Below, piece after piece: positions 10,076 through 23,369 of a DNA stretch of 64,000 bases. Under the pieces are notes generated by a model that had not been told where the DNA came from, ran no database searches, and worked only from the letters and a program-made list of their open reading frames with translations. Every line of letters starts with the position of its first letter. Within the stretch, counting starts at the first letter, position 1. Origin of the DNA: Podarcis gaigeae (taxonomy: Eukaryota); the NCBI GenBank assembly GCA_964106915.2, contig OZ066917.1, one strand, 5' to 3'. The position numbers and the translations under genes are program-made.

Positions 10076-13000
10076 ATGGGCGCCAAGCGCAAAAGCCCGG
10101 CTTCGGCCAAGTGGCAGGAGAAGGAGAAGCCGCCGCCGCCTAAGCGGGGCCGTGGTAACGAGGCAGCGGAGCTCACCGGGACCCAGTTCAAGTCCACGTT
10201 GCGCGACCCCAGCGCCGCCATGAAGGGTGAGGGCTGCTTTCCCCACGTGTTCGCCACATCGGTTGCTTGTCCCCCGCCACTCCTTTACCTAAACGCTTCT
10301 CCCGGGCCCCTGGGGATTAAAGCACTGCGAATCCGTGACTGGGCAAGGGCCAAGCAGCTATCCTTGGGCAATAGCGTAGCCTACCCTTCCCCCCCCCCGC
10401 CCCCCGGATTTTCTCCCCTTTGCTGCTGATTTATATAGCCGAGTACTGCTTCGCCACCCCAGTGAGTTGCATTGCTCAGTTTTCCACCAAAATTGGATGC
10501 TCAGTAATTACCGGTAACTTTAACCGCTCCGTCGAGGAAGATGCAGCTCGCAGAGATCGCCTTCCCCCGCAACTCTTGTCCATCAGAATAGCCCTTTTTG
10601 AAAGAAAAGAGCAGCAATCTGCATACTTGTAGGGGATTAGTTATTTCAAACACAGTTTTTTCTCCATTTACGCAGTTCAAGTGGTTCCCTTGTTGCAAGT
10701 TCTTATTGCACAAGGGATTGCAGATTCATTAAAGGCAACAGAGTTTTTTGGCACCTTAAAGACTCAGCACATTTATCATGGGATGGTCTAGTAGTGCCTG
10801 CTTCATCACATGCATGAAATGTAACCATCTGTTAGTATGTAAATACAGTAGGGTCTGAAAGGGTAAATGTAAACGTTTGAGTTAAATGGCAATGCAGTGT
10901 AAAAAATTACAGCCCGTAACAATCCCATTTTAGCTTAAATACAGCTAAAATCATTTTAACATTGTTGTGTAAATTAACACCAATCCTTGGGCAGCAACTG
11001 CACATTTTATGTTATTTTAGCAGACAAACACTGCTAAATATCTGCATATTGATTAATGCAGAGCACAAAATGGGACTGAATGTTTATATATTGCACTAGA
11101 AGTGTGCAGTTGGAGGGGGTAGAAAGTTTGCAAGATGTCCCCAGGTAGGGAAGCTTGTCAACATAAAAAAGAGACTCTTAATCTCGGTGCCATGGGGTTG
11201 ACTAGATGATTGTCATGGTCCTTTCCAACTCTACAAGTCTATGATTCAGTGATTTTATTTATAATATTTAAATCTTCAGATTTACCCAGGCAAGAGACTC
11301 CTAGTTCACTGCTCCAACTTTGTTATGGTGCAATATTACAAATTTGTTTTCCACTTACTGTTACTGTTGCACCATTTGTTTGTCGGTCTGCACCTGTGTT
11401 CTGTTCCCAGAGGTTGCATTGGCAAGGTATTAATGCCAGCAATTTGTTGGTGGTGGTTTCTAGGTACATAGGTAGCTGCCTTCTTTAGCTGGTTGATCTA
11501 GCTCAGTATTGGCTATACTGAATGGCAGCATCTCTCAAGGATTTCGGGCAAGTGTTGAATAAGTCCTTGATTTGTTCCAGGTTTGGAAACATTCATATCG
11601 AGAGCGAAATCATTACCATCAGCAGAACAGTATGATGTTGTAGAGGGATACATAAAAGTTTCTGTCGAGTGCGCAGAAATTTTAAAACTTCTGGATGGCG
11701 AAAGGCGGCCTGAAAGTGAGGTCAGTATTTCGTTTGTTGCATTTAGCATTCTATGATGAGTTGTGTATACATTGAACAAGTACTGATTGGTAACAAAAAG
11801 CAATAAGGAATAAACTTTCCACTGGAACCTTCACACAGTTAAATTAACGTTTATTGCTTGTCAAGTATTTCACACATTGAAACACTTAAAATGATAATCT
11901 TATTTGTTCTCACAATAAGTCTGTGAAATATTTCCTTCATATTTTCATATTGTAGGATTTGTAGCCCTGCACGTTTGTGATGCACACTGTTGTTCCACCT
12001 TCCTTTGAAATTGTGCGTTGGCTGCAGGCATTTTGTTACACTATAGGACAGGAGCATTGGCTTGGAAATTTTGACTTACTATTACAGAAATTGTCTCCTT
12101 GAAGACCTTGTTTAGCAAAGATAGGGTCCATAATTCATTTGCAATATTTCTTTGCTTTATTTTGGTATTCTGATTTAGAGTTTACCATTGTAGGAGGAAG
12201 CAGTGGATCTAAGCACTTGCTACATTTTTACATTTGGAAGCTTCCTTTGTTGTTAGATGTTATACTTTATTTAGGATGATGACTTTTCAAGTTGTTCTAC
12301 TAATATTTGCTGCTTTTCCCAAAGTATGAACAAAGTATAATAAAGTATTTAAATGTTGCAGATGCTGCTAATCTTTCAAGCTCTAGAAAGCATTTTGCTA
12401 CGAACAGCAAGTGATTTGTCCCACTTCAGTGTGGTAGGGATGAACATAGTAAAGAAGCTGATCAATAGCTACATGAGATTAATCTATGCTGCTCTGTATT
12501 CTGAGAGTCACAGGTAAGTTCATTGCAAACCAAAGGACATATATAACTGTCTAAAACTTGAATGAAACAATATTTCCATTGATCAGGATCATGCCACTTT
12601 AATCCTGAGAACAGATCTTGGAATGGTACACAAAGTACTCTTTATACTTGATTTAGGAGAATATTTTAATTGGCCATGACCTTCCTCTCCTTTCTTTTAT
12701 TTCCATGTTCATATATTTATTTATTTGAGGCTTCTACTCCACCAGCATAGATTCAAAGCATACTTACAAAAATGTGGTGGCACATTTTTAAAAAATTCAA
12801 AATATAATGTTCAGCATCCATTACAGAGTGCAGGGGTCCACTATAAAAAAAGACTCATCAACAAGAAGAAAAGTATAAAAATAACAGTTACTCACATCAA
12901 CCGCATGTGTTTAAAAGCTGTTGGTAGGGCCTGGCCATACTCATGCATAGTAACATAAGTGACAAAATAATACCAAATTAAAATAAACTTACTACTTTTA

Positions 13001-16000
13001 TGTACTCTGTGAGTCAATTTTTCTAATAATGCAATATCCTACACTTTTGTATACCAGAGTTCTCTCTCTCCAGAATCCTGCAATAGTTAGTCTGGTAAGT
13101 GACCAGTTCCCTGCTATATGGAACAGATTCTTGCTCTGTAAAGAGGTTTACAAGGGCTAATTGTGGGGATGGCATTATTTTGCCTTTTACATTGAGTGCA
13201 TTCTTAAAAACCACAGTATTCAAAAACAGTTAAAATTGTGGATATTCCCACCATAAATGGAGATATGTTCCCATATCTTGACATTCTCTCCTGCACCTTG
13301 GCAAGGAATCTGGAACCATATTTCTAATAAGTGAGCTGTTACAAATACTGAAAGACCAGGCAAAGATGGCCCAAGACATTTTTGTTTCCTGAAGTACAAA
13401 ATTCAAATGGTGCAACATTTATATTGTTATGTTTTATTATTATAAAACCACACTAGCACTCTTTAGTTACTGAAATCTTTTCCCTCAAATCTTCTGCTGA
13501 GGTGGACTGCCTCAGCCAAAATTGCTAGTTTTTAGGTTTTATGGTTTTCAGTTACAAACTTCAGAAAAGTAAAGAAAAAGCTACAGCAATGAATTTCAAA
13601 CAAAAAACAAAAGGGGAGGAAATTTGGGTTAGATGCTTATTGGTAAGTGTTTTCAGGCAAACACTTCAGTCTGGGATGTGCCTTAGCATTTCTAATGATA
13701 GGGCAGCCTTGGGACCATAATTTAACAGGGCTTAGCCTGGTAGAGTTATTCATAAAGAAGTGGCCTATATAATTTTCAATCATTCATCTTAAAAGTGATG
13801 AAACAAAAAATAGAGAGCATTGTACCCAGCAAAGTTTCCCATTGCCACAAGGATGTTGGCTTTCACAATGGGAATTCCTCTCTCCCCTCCACAAATCTGC
13901 TGTCTAGTGGTGACGTGCTAGGTATCTGCCGCTCTTAGCTGACATAATTCAGACTTGCCTATTTTAATTTCAAAGGTGTCAGTTCTTAATTTTCCATAGA
14001 CTGGTTTGCCTATGTACTGTTCCTTCTCCTGTGTTGCTTCTACAGACTGTCTCGCCAGTGCCTCATCTTGCTATCTGCAATGGTGTCACAGGGGCCTGAT
14101 GCTGCAAGGGATGTCTACAGCCACTTTGATTTCAATAATAAATTCCTTCCTAGTTTAGTGAAGAGGAGAGATTATAAGGTAAGAGGAGGAAATATTCAGT
14201 GAGTGTAAGTGATGAGTGTATTTGTTTTTTGTGCTGTGAAAAGTAAAGCTAGAATTGGGGATGGAGATACCTAAGTCTCTTTCTATATCATGTGCAGAGC
14301 ATCATTGATGTGGATTGTTTTATTGCTTCAAACTGTCACTGATCCACAGGGGAAACATTTTTTGATTCTTGATTTACTTAGGGTTTTTTTTTTAAAAAAA
14401 GGTATATATACGTGATTTTATTACATCATTTTTCTGTGGGGGGAGCTTTTGTATGAAATGGCACCTATGTTTTGTATGACATGGATGTAACTGATATGCC
14501 CCCCCTTCCCCTTACACAAATGCCTTCTTGCATAAAAAAGAAGTAGCAAAGTCATCCTGTGAGAATTTCACAGCAAGCAAGCTCATATGCACGCAAACAC
14601 ACACCATAATGTGTGATTCAAGCTGTGGATTCCTTCCAAAGTTCTGTAAAAGCACATTGTACAGTTTTCCTAGGATTATGCTACTGCAAAATGCAGGTGT
14701 GCATGGAAGTGCAACATGTTTGTCTGCTGTTCCGCTCCAGAAAGCTGCTGATAAAAACAGGGACACAGTGGCATAGCGTGGGGGGTGCAGGGGGGTCCGG
14801 GCGCAACATCTGGGGGGGGGCGCTCGCCGCCTCCAGAGTCGCCGAAGAGCCTCGGGCACAGGCTGTAGCAGAGCCCCATGTCTCGCGGAACCAACGAGCT
14901 GTGCACGCGTCCGCGCTGAAGGCGTCCGGCAGGCAGCGGCTCTCAGCACTCGCCGCGGTCCCTGTGCGTCGGGGGCGTGCCAGGCGGCCCCTCCTCACAG
15001 CCCCGCCGCCGCCGCCGCTGCTGCTGCAGCGGCTGGGCCATGTTGCATTTTCCTCGCCTCTCTGCCCTCCTCCTCCTCCGGGCAAACAGCGTCGTTTGGG
15101 CGGCAGCGCCAGCGGCAACTCGCCTCAGATCACCTGACACGGACCCGCCGCCGTGGCTACCTTACCGTAAATACCCCAGCCCAGGCAGCAGCAAGAAGAA
15201 GCTGGCAGCGGCAGCAGGTTAGGGGGCGCAAATTACTTGCCTTGCCCCGGGTTAGGGGGCGCAAATTACTTGCCTTGCCCCGGGTGCTGACAACCCACGC
15301 TACGCCGCTGCAGGGACATCAAGAAGATGTGTTAGCTTCCCATGTACAGTGGTACCTTGGAAGCTGAACGCCTGTAAACTTGAACGCTTCAGTTCCCGAA
15401 CAATCAAAAACCGGAAGTGATTGTTCCAGTTTTCGAATGATTTTCAGAAGCTGAACGTCCGGCATGGCTTCCGGTTGGCTGCAGGATGCTCCTGCAGCCA
15501 ATCAGAAGCTGCACCTTGGAAGTTGAATGCTTTGGAAGTTGAACAGACTTCCAGAACAGATTCTGTTCAACTTCCAAGGTACGACTGTATAGGAAGGTTC
15601 ATTCATTCATATGACTGGTAAACCGCCTCTTCTGTTAATCTTACATTGTTCCAGGTACATAAAAACACATTGTTCATCTTCCTCCTATGTTTAATGCATA
15701 AATAATCTTGGGCCCTTGGGATTTTGACTGCTTTTGTTTTATGTAAACATGTGAGGAAACCACAACAGCAGTTGTTGTTATACATATCTAGGCTCTTTTA
15801 CAAACCACTGTGGAAGCAGTGACACCACACTGGTAAAGAGGCCCTAAGTTTCTGATGGTGTGCACCTTATGAAATAGGATAAACATAGAAATGGTTCTGC
15901 TAGTTAAAAGACTGTGAACTGTTTAAAATTGCAGTCACTCTTTTAAATATGTATTCCTCATATTACAACTGTTGTAGTGAGTTGGCATTTGGGTTTATAA

Positions 16001-19000
16001 GTTGCTGAATGTCTCTTAACATTTATTTAGGGCAAGCCTGATGTTCGTATGGCATATATCCAGTATGCTGTTTCTTTTTTAATTGCTGGTGACAACACAA
16101 TCCTTGTCCACGTTCTGGAGTTAAAAGGTATATTATAAATATTTCTTAAAGGCGTTAATGTCTCCCTCTTATTTGTGAAGTGAGAGGTCCGTGTTTGGAT
16201 GTTATGAGTACCTAAATTCATTGGATACAAGCTTTAAGAAGGAGCAGTTCACTTTCATTCGCCTGTGAGTTGTATTGCACAAGGCATTTAGCTGTCGAGA
16301 TACATAATGGGAGAACTTAGGAAAACCTCTGTGCTCTTTAATAGAGATTTAAAGAACCCTTTCCTCATGTTTTTGAGTAAGTGGCTGAGTTTAATGAGGG
16401 CAAGATTCCCTTACTGTTCTATCCCAGCAAAGGAAAGTTAAAGTGCTTTGCCGGTTTCTTAGCTCTGTTTAGAGAAACTTGAGTCTTTGGATTGGGGACA
16501 ATGTTATGGGCCAGATTTCCCTTGCTCCCCCATAGTTGGCCATCCTTACTGTACATACTGTAGAGTTCAGAATTCAGCTACCCTCTTCCATGGTACAAGT
16601 TCATTGTTTATTCTGAGTCCATTCGCTTTTGGTTCACCTTGTAGACCAAAGCATTCGGTAACACCAGTGGCAACACTTGATAAAACTGATTTCATTTTAA
16701 AAACGCTTTCCATCTTCCAATTATGTTTTTAACATTTTTAAATGGTTTGTAGATTTCATCCCAGATATTTTTCGAACCGGTTTGAAGGAAGATAGAATTT
16801 CTACAGTTAGCCTTCTACTTTCCACTTTGGCAACTAAGGTATGACCTTGACGTGACTTTACTCTTTGTATCTTATTTGCTGAAAATAACTCTGTTGTGGT
16901 TTTCCAAAGACTCTCCAATTACCAATCCTTTAATGTTTGGCTACAGTTTAGATCTTGTCAGCATTTCTGTTATGAGCTTTTGTTTGATCATAAAATATTC
17001 CCTAAGAGTTGGAGCCTGTAATTTGCTGAGTTTTTAAACAAACAAGAAAATAGTATTTCAAAGCAACTGTTAGGAAGTTTTAAACCTTTTGTACATCCTG
17101 TAAAAATAACTAGATTCTTTTGGATTTCTTTTGAAACTTCAATTTCTGGGGGCAAGGGCAGCTGTTTCAGTTTGCTGAAGCAAAAACAACAGTATTGTGG
17201 CATCTTAAAGACTTAACAAAATCAAGGGTTCATTCACTTGTTCATCTTCCAGTGTGGTATAAGCAATCATCTACTAGAAATGCCACCCTGCACTCTTCCT
17301 AGGACAAACAGGTTTCTCTAAAAATAAAACAAATGTACACAATCTGACATCAGAAAGGGCAATATTTAGAAATGCATGGGAGAACATTTCAGTCTCTTTC
17401 TTAATGACCTTAAACCTGACCGTTCTTGAACAAAGTAATTTCAAAGGTAGGCTCTAGCCTGAAAATGCGGAATTATAAATTTATCAAGATAAAAGATTAT
17501 TTTTTCCCAGCTTTGTAGTTGAAATTTGTGTATGTGTTGTATTTTTTCTAGGTAGTTCACAATAGAAATCTTAGCAAGACCCAGAAAGTGCGTTTTTTTA
17601 CTGTCGAAGTATTGAACCACATTGCCTCACTCTACCGCTGGAATGGAATTACTGACGTCAGCACAGAAGATGTCGTGGTACAGCAGTTTCTTCTTATCTT
17701 TCTCTATTTCACTTTTTAACCTCAGCAGAAAGGGTTTTGCCTTTATACTAACCCAAGAAAAAGAGGAAAGCTATATCTGGCCCCGTATAGTAAAACAATA
17801 TTTTGCCTAGGATAAGGATTATTATTGTTGTTGTTATTACTCACCCTGCACTAGGTCTGAGGGTGGCTGGCAGAAATTCAAAACGGGATGGGAGTTGGGA
17901 GTTCAAAACATTTGCAGGGCACCAGGTTGGGGAAGGTTAGTATGCACAGCTGAAAACAGCAAAGGAAGTGAGGAAGAAAAGTCTCCTCTGATCCTTCCTA
18001 AACCAGCTTACGGACATTTAAGAGACAGTGTCTTCAGCCTTTTATAGTGTCTCACCATTCACCTTTTTCTCCTCCAAGAATCTGCTGGTTGCTGCTAGGT
18101 CTTGGGACTCCATTTTTCATGTCCTACTCATAAATGCCACCCCATTCTGCCCCTCAAATTTGACTTCCCAGCCAGAGGGAATATTGATCTGATTCCCCAT
18201 TGCTCATCTCCTCTGACTGATGGCAGCTGTCCAGTTCTCAGGCAGAGCCCTCCCCATCATTTGCTCTCTGATCCTAGATATGCCAGGTACCGCATTTGGG
18301 ACCTTCTGAAGCATGGAAAGCATGTGCTCTGCCACTGAGCTATGGTCAAATAAACAAATTCTAGTAAACATTGATCTTTGTGCTCTACGCAGGCTACCCA
18401 GGATCCTGAAGAGGCAGGAAAGATCCTAGTGAGGAAACTTGTCCATAATTTTTTACTGGATCTCTGTTGTTCTCTGAAACATGGCATTAACTTTTATGAT
18501 CCAAGCCTTGGCACATCTGGCAGGTAAAGTATCCCAGTTACTCCGGTGGTTGAAAATAGTCCCGTCAGCTATTCTCTGTTTAAATCAAAGATTCTCATTT
18601 TCAACCAGACAAACCAAACGTACAAAATTTGCTTTGGTTTCGTATGTGGACTGCAGGTGTTCCCCACTGTGGAACTGAGACTTGTCAGGAACCTGAGGGA
18701 ATGAAGAAAGATAGAATTGGAAGGGCAGCCAGGAAGCTACCCCAAACCCCAGAATGTTTCCTAGTCCGTTGCATCAGGGGTAGAAGAGGAGTTGGGGTGT
18801 AGGACCACAGCCAGTCCCAAACCGCGATTCTGGTTGAGGCAGAAACATTGACAATTGTTATGTCATCTCCTTTTTAAAGGAAGGCCACAGGGTGGAGCCC
18901 CAACACTCTACAGCTCCCAGAAGACAAGGCTGAACAAAATACTTCAAGTATTTTTAGTGAGAAGCCTAAACAGAGCTTTAAAAAATATAACATGGTTTCC

Positions 19001-22000
19001 CTTGGGGAGTTGTTGCCATCATATGATATAGGCTGCTTAGCTGAAAGTTCTGTGAAGCATTGGCCTTTGCTTGTGAAAAGATTGGTCTACATGTGCAGGC
19101 AGTAGCTGCCTGGAAGAATGGCCTCTCTGCCATAAGCTTCTTCCTTTATGAACAGTCCTATGACCCCTTTTGTTGAAGATAAAGGCTTATATGTAGCCCA
19201 GCTAGTGAGGTAAAAAGGTAAATAAAAACCACCTAAGAATTTCTTGTCTGATTTGCTTTGCTTAGCTAGTTCTTGCAGTACCTAGGCTGACATTCTTCCC
19301 ATCCTACCTCCTGCTTAAATTCACAGCTGGTACTGTTTCTTGCAAATGAGATTGAAACAATAATGCGCCAGTTATGTCCTATCTAAAGTGTCTAAATTAG
19401 ATAACAATTCTGCGATTTCAGTAGCTTACAGAATTGTTTTGGGTTCTCTCTGTCAAAAGTAAACTGAGCAGAATTTAGAGCCTTATTTACCATCTTGCCT
19501 GCACCCAAAGAGCCACTTTACTAATTCCATACACCCAAGGGAGCTTTGTAGGGGTGCTGTTTTGTTTTGTTTTGTTTGTCTAATAGCAGTTTTTTCTGCT
19601 CCATGGCACACCTCTTTTGAAACTGAGGAATGTTACAAGAGCAGTTTGTGAATCAGATGGGGGTCAAAGGGGGGCAGGGGAGAGTCAAATTCCACTGGGC
19701 ATGCTCAAGACCCCTTTGCACATGCCTAGAGCAGTTGTTTGGATCCTGGCCACTGTTAGAATTGGTTTCAACTGTATGGTGACATATGCTGCCATAGTGA
19801 TTGCTTTTCAAAATCTTTCTTTACTAGAGGAGGGAATTTGGTTCTTTTGCGCTTTCTCGTGAATCTAAAGACTGCTGCAGAAGATGAGATGGTTGCTGAT
19901 CTTGCGGTGAACATATTCAAAGTGTGCCCAGATTTACTGAACAGATACTTTAAGGAGTCCCAGTATTCTTTTGTTCCCAGGCTAAAATCAGCTTGGCTAG
20001 ACAATATGAAATTGCTGAGGAAGGTAAGAATTTTATGAAAAGTATACCCTTTGTACATGAAAATAACATTTACCAACTTTTTTGCTGTGTTAGGATCACA
20101 GTAAACATCTTTATTTCCCCCCCTGTAGTTATATTTGATGGGGGAGTAGCAAAGAGACTCATTTTGGTTAAGGGCCTGTTCATGCATTTCTTACTGTGGA
20201 GAAATCCCAACAGAGTTAGACCTTTGGGTTGGGTTGCTCTTCTCCCACACCTCACCATGTGAGTAAATAATGTCTATCTTTACTATATTTATCTGAACAT
20301 AATACCTCTCTATTATCTGCCCTCCAGATCTGTCCTTGAAAAGAATGCTAGGGACATACTGTAGTCACACAGCTGAAATGATATTACTTAATAAGAGCAT
20401 GATACAGAAAGCCTAAGATTTTACTAAGTTGATATTTTGCCGTTGTAACATATGAACAAGTCCTGAGTTTGGAAATGTTTTTGTACAGGAATTAACCACA
20501 TCTGATCATAACTGGCCGCCATTTTGTGCCATCTGTGCAGAATCAACATTCAATGGTACTTTGTGCACTGGAATCTCTACCAATCATGCAAAATCATATT
20601 TGATTCAAATATGCAAATTAATATTGGGGTCCATTGCTGCATATATTTCCTAATGGTTTTAAAGTGTTTGTTCTGCCAGTTGTGGAAGATGAAAGAAGAT
20701 ATAAGGAAGCTCCATTTCTATCCCCTGGGATAGAAATGGGAATACCAGCTCACATCTACTGACATCTAGAACTTTGCCAGGCATTGCCTTCAATACAGTT
20801 ATAAGGCAGAGTGGTTATAAGCCTAGATTCCCAGGATACTGAATTTTGGACTTGGTACCACATTCTATGCTTCTGCAACACTTATGGCATGTATACAGCT
20901 CTGACAATAAACAGGAGGCAAGATGGTAATATGTGGGCTAAGTTTGTTCTCCTATCTTTTTTCTGGGCATAATTGCTGTTATCTGCTCTTTAGAAAGAGT
21001 ACATTATCAACTCAAAACGGGTGATTAAATAGGAGCCAATATATTATTATCTTCCTCTGTGCTTACTGAGTTCTGTACCAGGGACCCTGAGCTATAAGTT
21101 GCCAAGAAGATATTGGCCATCCTTCAAGCTAAAGATCATTTAGCTGGTGTGAGTTGACTTAGCTCTAGGTCTTCCTAGTTATTTATAGAAAATGTGGCGA
21201 GGGGTTTTAAAAACTTCTTACTAAAATGCATTAGAGAGAGATTAATACACATCCTTTATTCCTGGTATATCACCTTCATGAATGGGAAAAATGTTTTTGA
21301 AAGTAATAGAATATATTAACTAAGAGAATGAGATCAGTGATGGAGAAATTAGATGGCAGTTTATTTTTTATTTGATTAGAACACTTATGAATAGCTTTTC
21401 TGTTACTTAGCAACATCCTGATAAAAGTGTCTTAAACAGGAGAAATTAATATTGACAACAACAGATAAGCTATGGAAACTAAATGCTTGCCGGGAGAGAG
21501 CGACCGCGCACAATGTCACTCTCTCTATTTAGGATTCTCAGCAACTGATACTCAGCGACTTGCTGCCTCTGTTACTGAAGGTGATGCACAGCCATCATGA
21601 CTAGTAGCCATTGATATCCTTACCCTCCACGAATTTTTGTTTTGAGGTGGCTACAGCAGGAAACGGCTGAAGTTCTCCTAAATCCCTCTTCTGCTGGTGG
21701 AAAGTTATGCTTTATCAAATAAACAGTTGATGGACACCAGTTGGGTTTATCTCCAAACACCTTTCTTTTCATGAGGAATTAGGCATTTCAGACTGTTTTA
21801 TAATATAATAACCTTTGTACATGTTCAGCTGAATTGGCTTTAGGGGCCATGGCCTCATTAGCACTGTCTTAACAATGTGTATTTTCTATATAAATTTCAG
21901 ATCTATGAGGCTCAACCAGAGATTTCTACTGCTTTTAAAACAACAGAGTTTGTTCCTTTTCCAAGATTGCTTTCAATGGTGATGGTAACAACCATTCCAG

Positions 22001-23320
22001 CTGTCTGCAACAAAGTCATGTTTACCCAAGGATTAAATGTAAGAACTTCTCTTTATAATCTGGATGGGGAGGTTTTTGGTTCCACTAAGCAATTTTGCTG
22101 GCACTTTCTTTATTAAAGCTTATCTTCCATGGAATGTTCCAACAGTTGCAAGAACTCAGTGGCTGAATTTTCATGTTATAGGAGTGAGCCTGTGCAAGCC
22201 TTGGGCTTGTGAGGAAGATTTTGCTTTGATTTTGACAAACCACACCTTTGCATTGCATCTGCATTCAGACAGACTATGTTAGTAAACTTAACTGTAGTTT
22301 ACTAAAACAAGGGCAACTTCAGTCTGTGGCTTATGAATCTGGCTCATTATGATCGTTAATTCTAGTATTACAACTGAACCCTAAATTGTGGTTAATGAAA
22401 AATTAAAGTGGAAGCTTCCAACCCTCTTCTCCTCATGGCTGTACAAGAGGAGGGGGAGCATGTGAGCCTTATTTCGTCTCAAAGGTCTGTCCTGATGCTG
22501 CCACCTTGTCTGGATGGCAAAAATGTTGGCACAAATAGTAAAAAATTGAATGTCATTGGCAACCCAAGTAGATTCCACCTCTCAAACATTACTGTAGCAA
22601 CATGGAATCCATCGAAGGGAAACAGTTTTTGGTACAAGGCCAGTAAACTTAGCATAGCTCATTTGATACCAAGGCCTAAATATGTGAAATAATTGAAGTA
22701 AATCATGATTTTTCAGTGTCTCATAGCAGTGTGTGGCAACCCCACTTTACAATATTATTTGATCATTCTCCAGTGCTTAAAACATCTGGGGTCCTTCAGA
22801 TGTTTTTGACTACAGTTCCCATCAACCCCCAGCCAGCCAGCATGGCCAGTGATCAGGGATAATGGGAACTATAGTTTGAAACACCTGGAGGGCACCAGGT
22901 TGAGCTATTGCACCTTTTGTTAACCTTCCAATCTCTCCTTACATCCCCTCTTCAGTAAATGTTGTTAGCTGCTCTGAGCCCGGCTTTGGCTGGGGAGGGT
23001 GGGATATAAATAAAATGTTATTATTATTCTGCCTGGACACTGAGGTCCAGCGCCGAGGGCCTTCTGGCGGTTCCCTTGCTGCGAGAAGCCAAGTTACAGG
23101 GAACCAGGCAGAGGGCCTTCTCGGTAGTGGCGCCCCCCCCCCCCCCCGTGGAACGCCCTCCCACCAGATGTCAAAGAGAAAAATAACTATCAAACTTTTA
23201 GAAGACATCTGAAGGGAAGCTTTTAATGTTTAATAGGTTATTGTATTTTAGTGTTTTGTTGGAAGCTGCCCAGAGTGGCTGGGGAAACCCAGCCAGATGG
23301 GCGGGGTATAAATAATAATA

Positions 23321-23369
<49 letters not shown>

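Noticed and set aside
14512-15222. Several 65-174 aa ORFs
   Set aside because: They arise from the GC-rich hAT interior; no transposase or other recognisable domain.
16128-16752. Searched by eye for a counterpart of SNORA80A (hosted in human URB1) and for intronic C/D snoRNAs
   Set aside because: No matching H/ACA sequence seen. RTGATGA hits (about 11753, 14210, 39848, 46103) lack properly placed D boxes or terminal stems. An Infernal search would be decisive.
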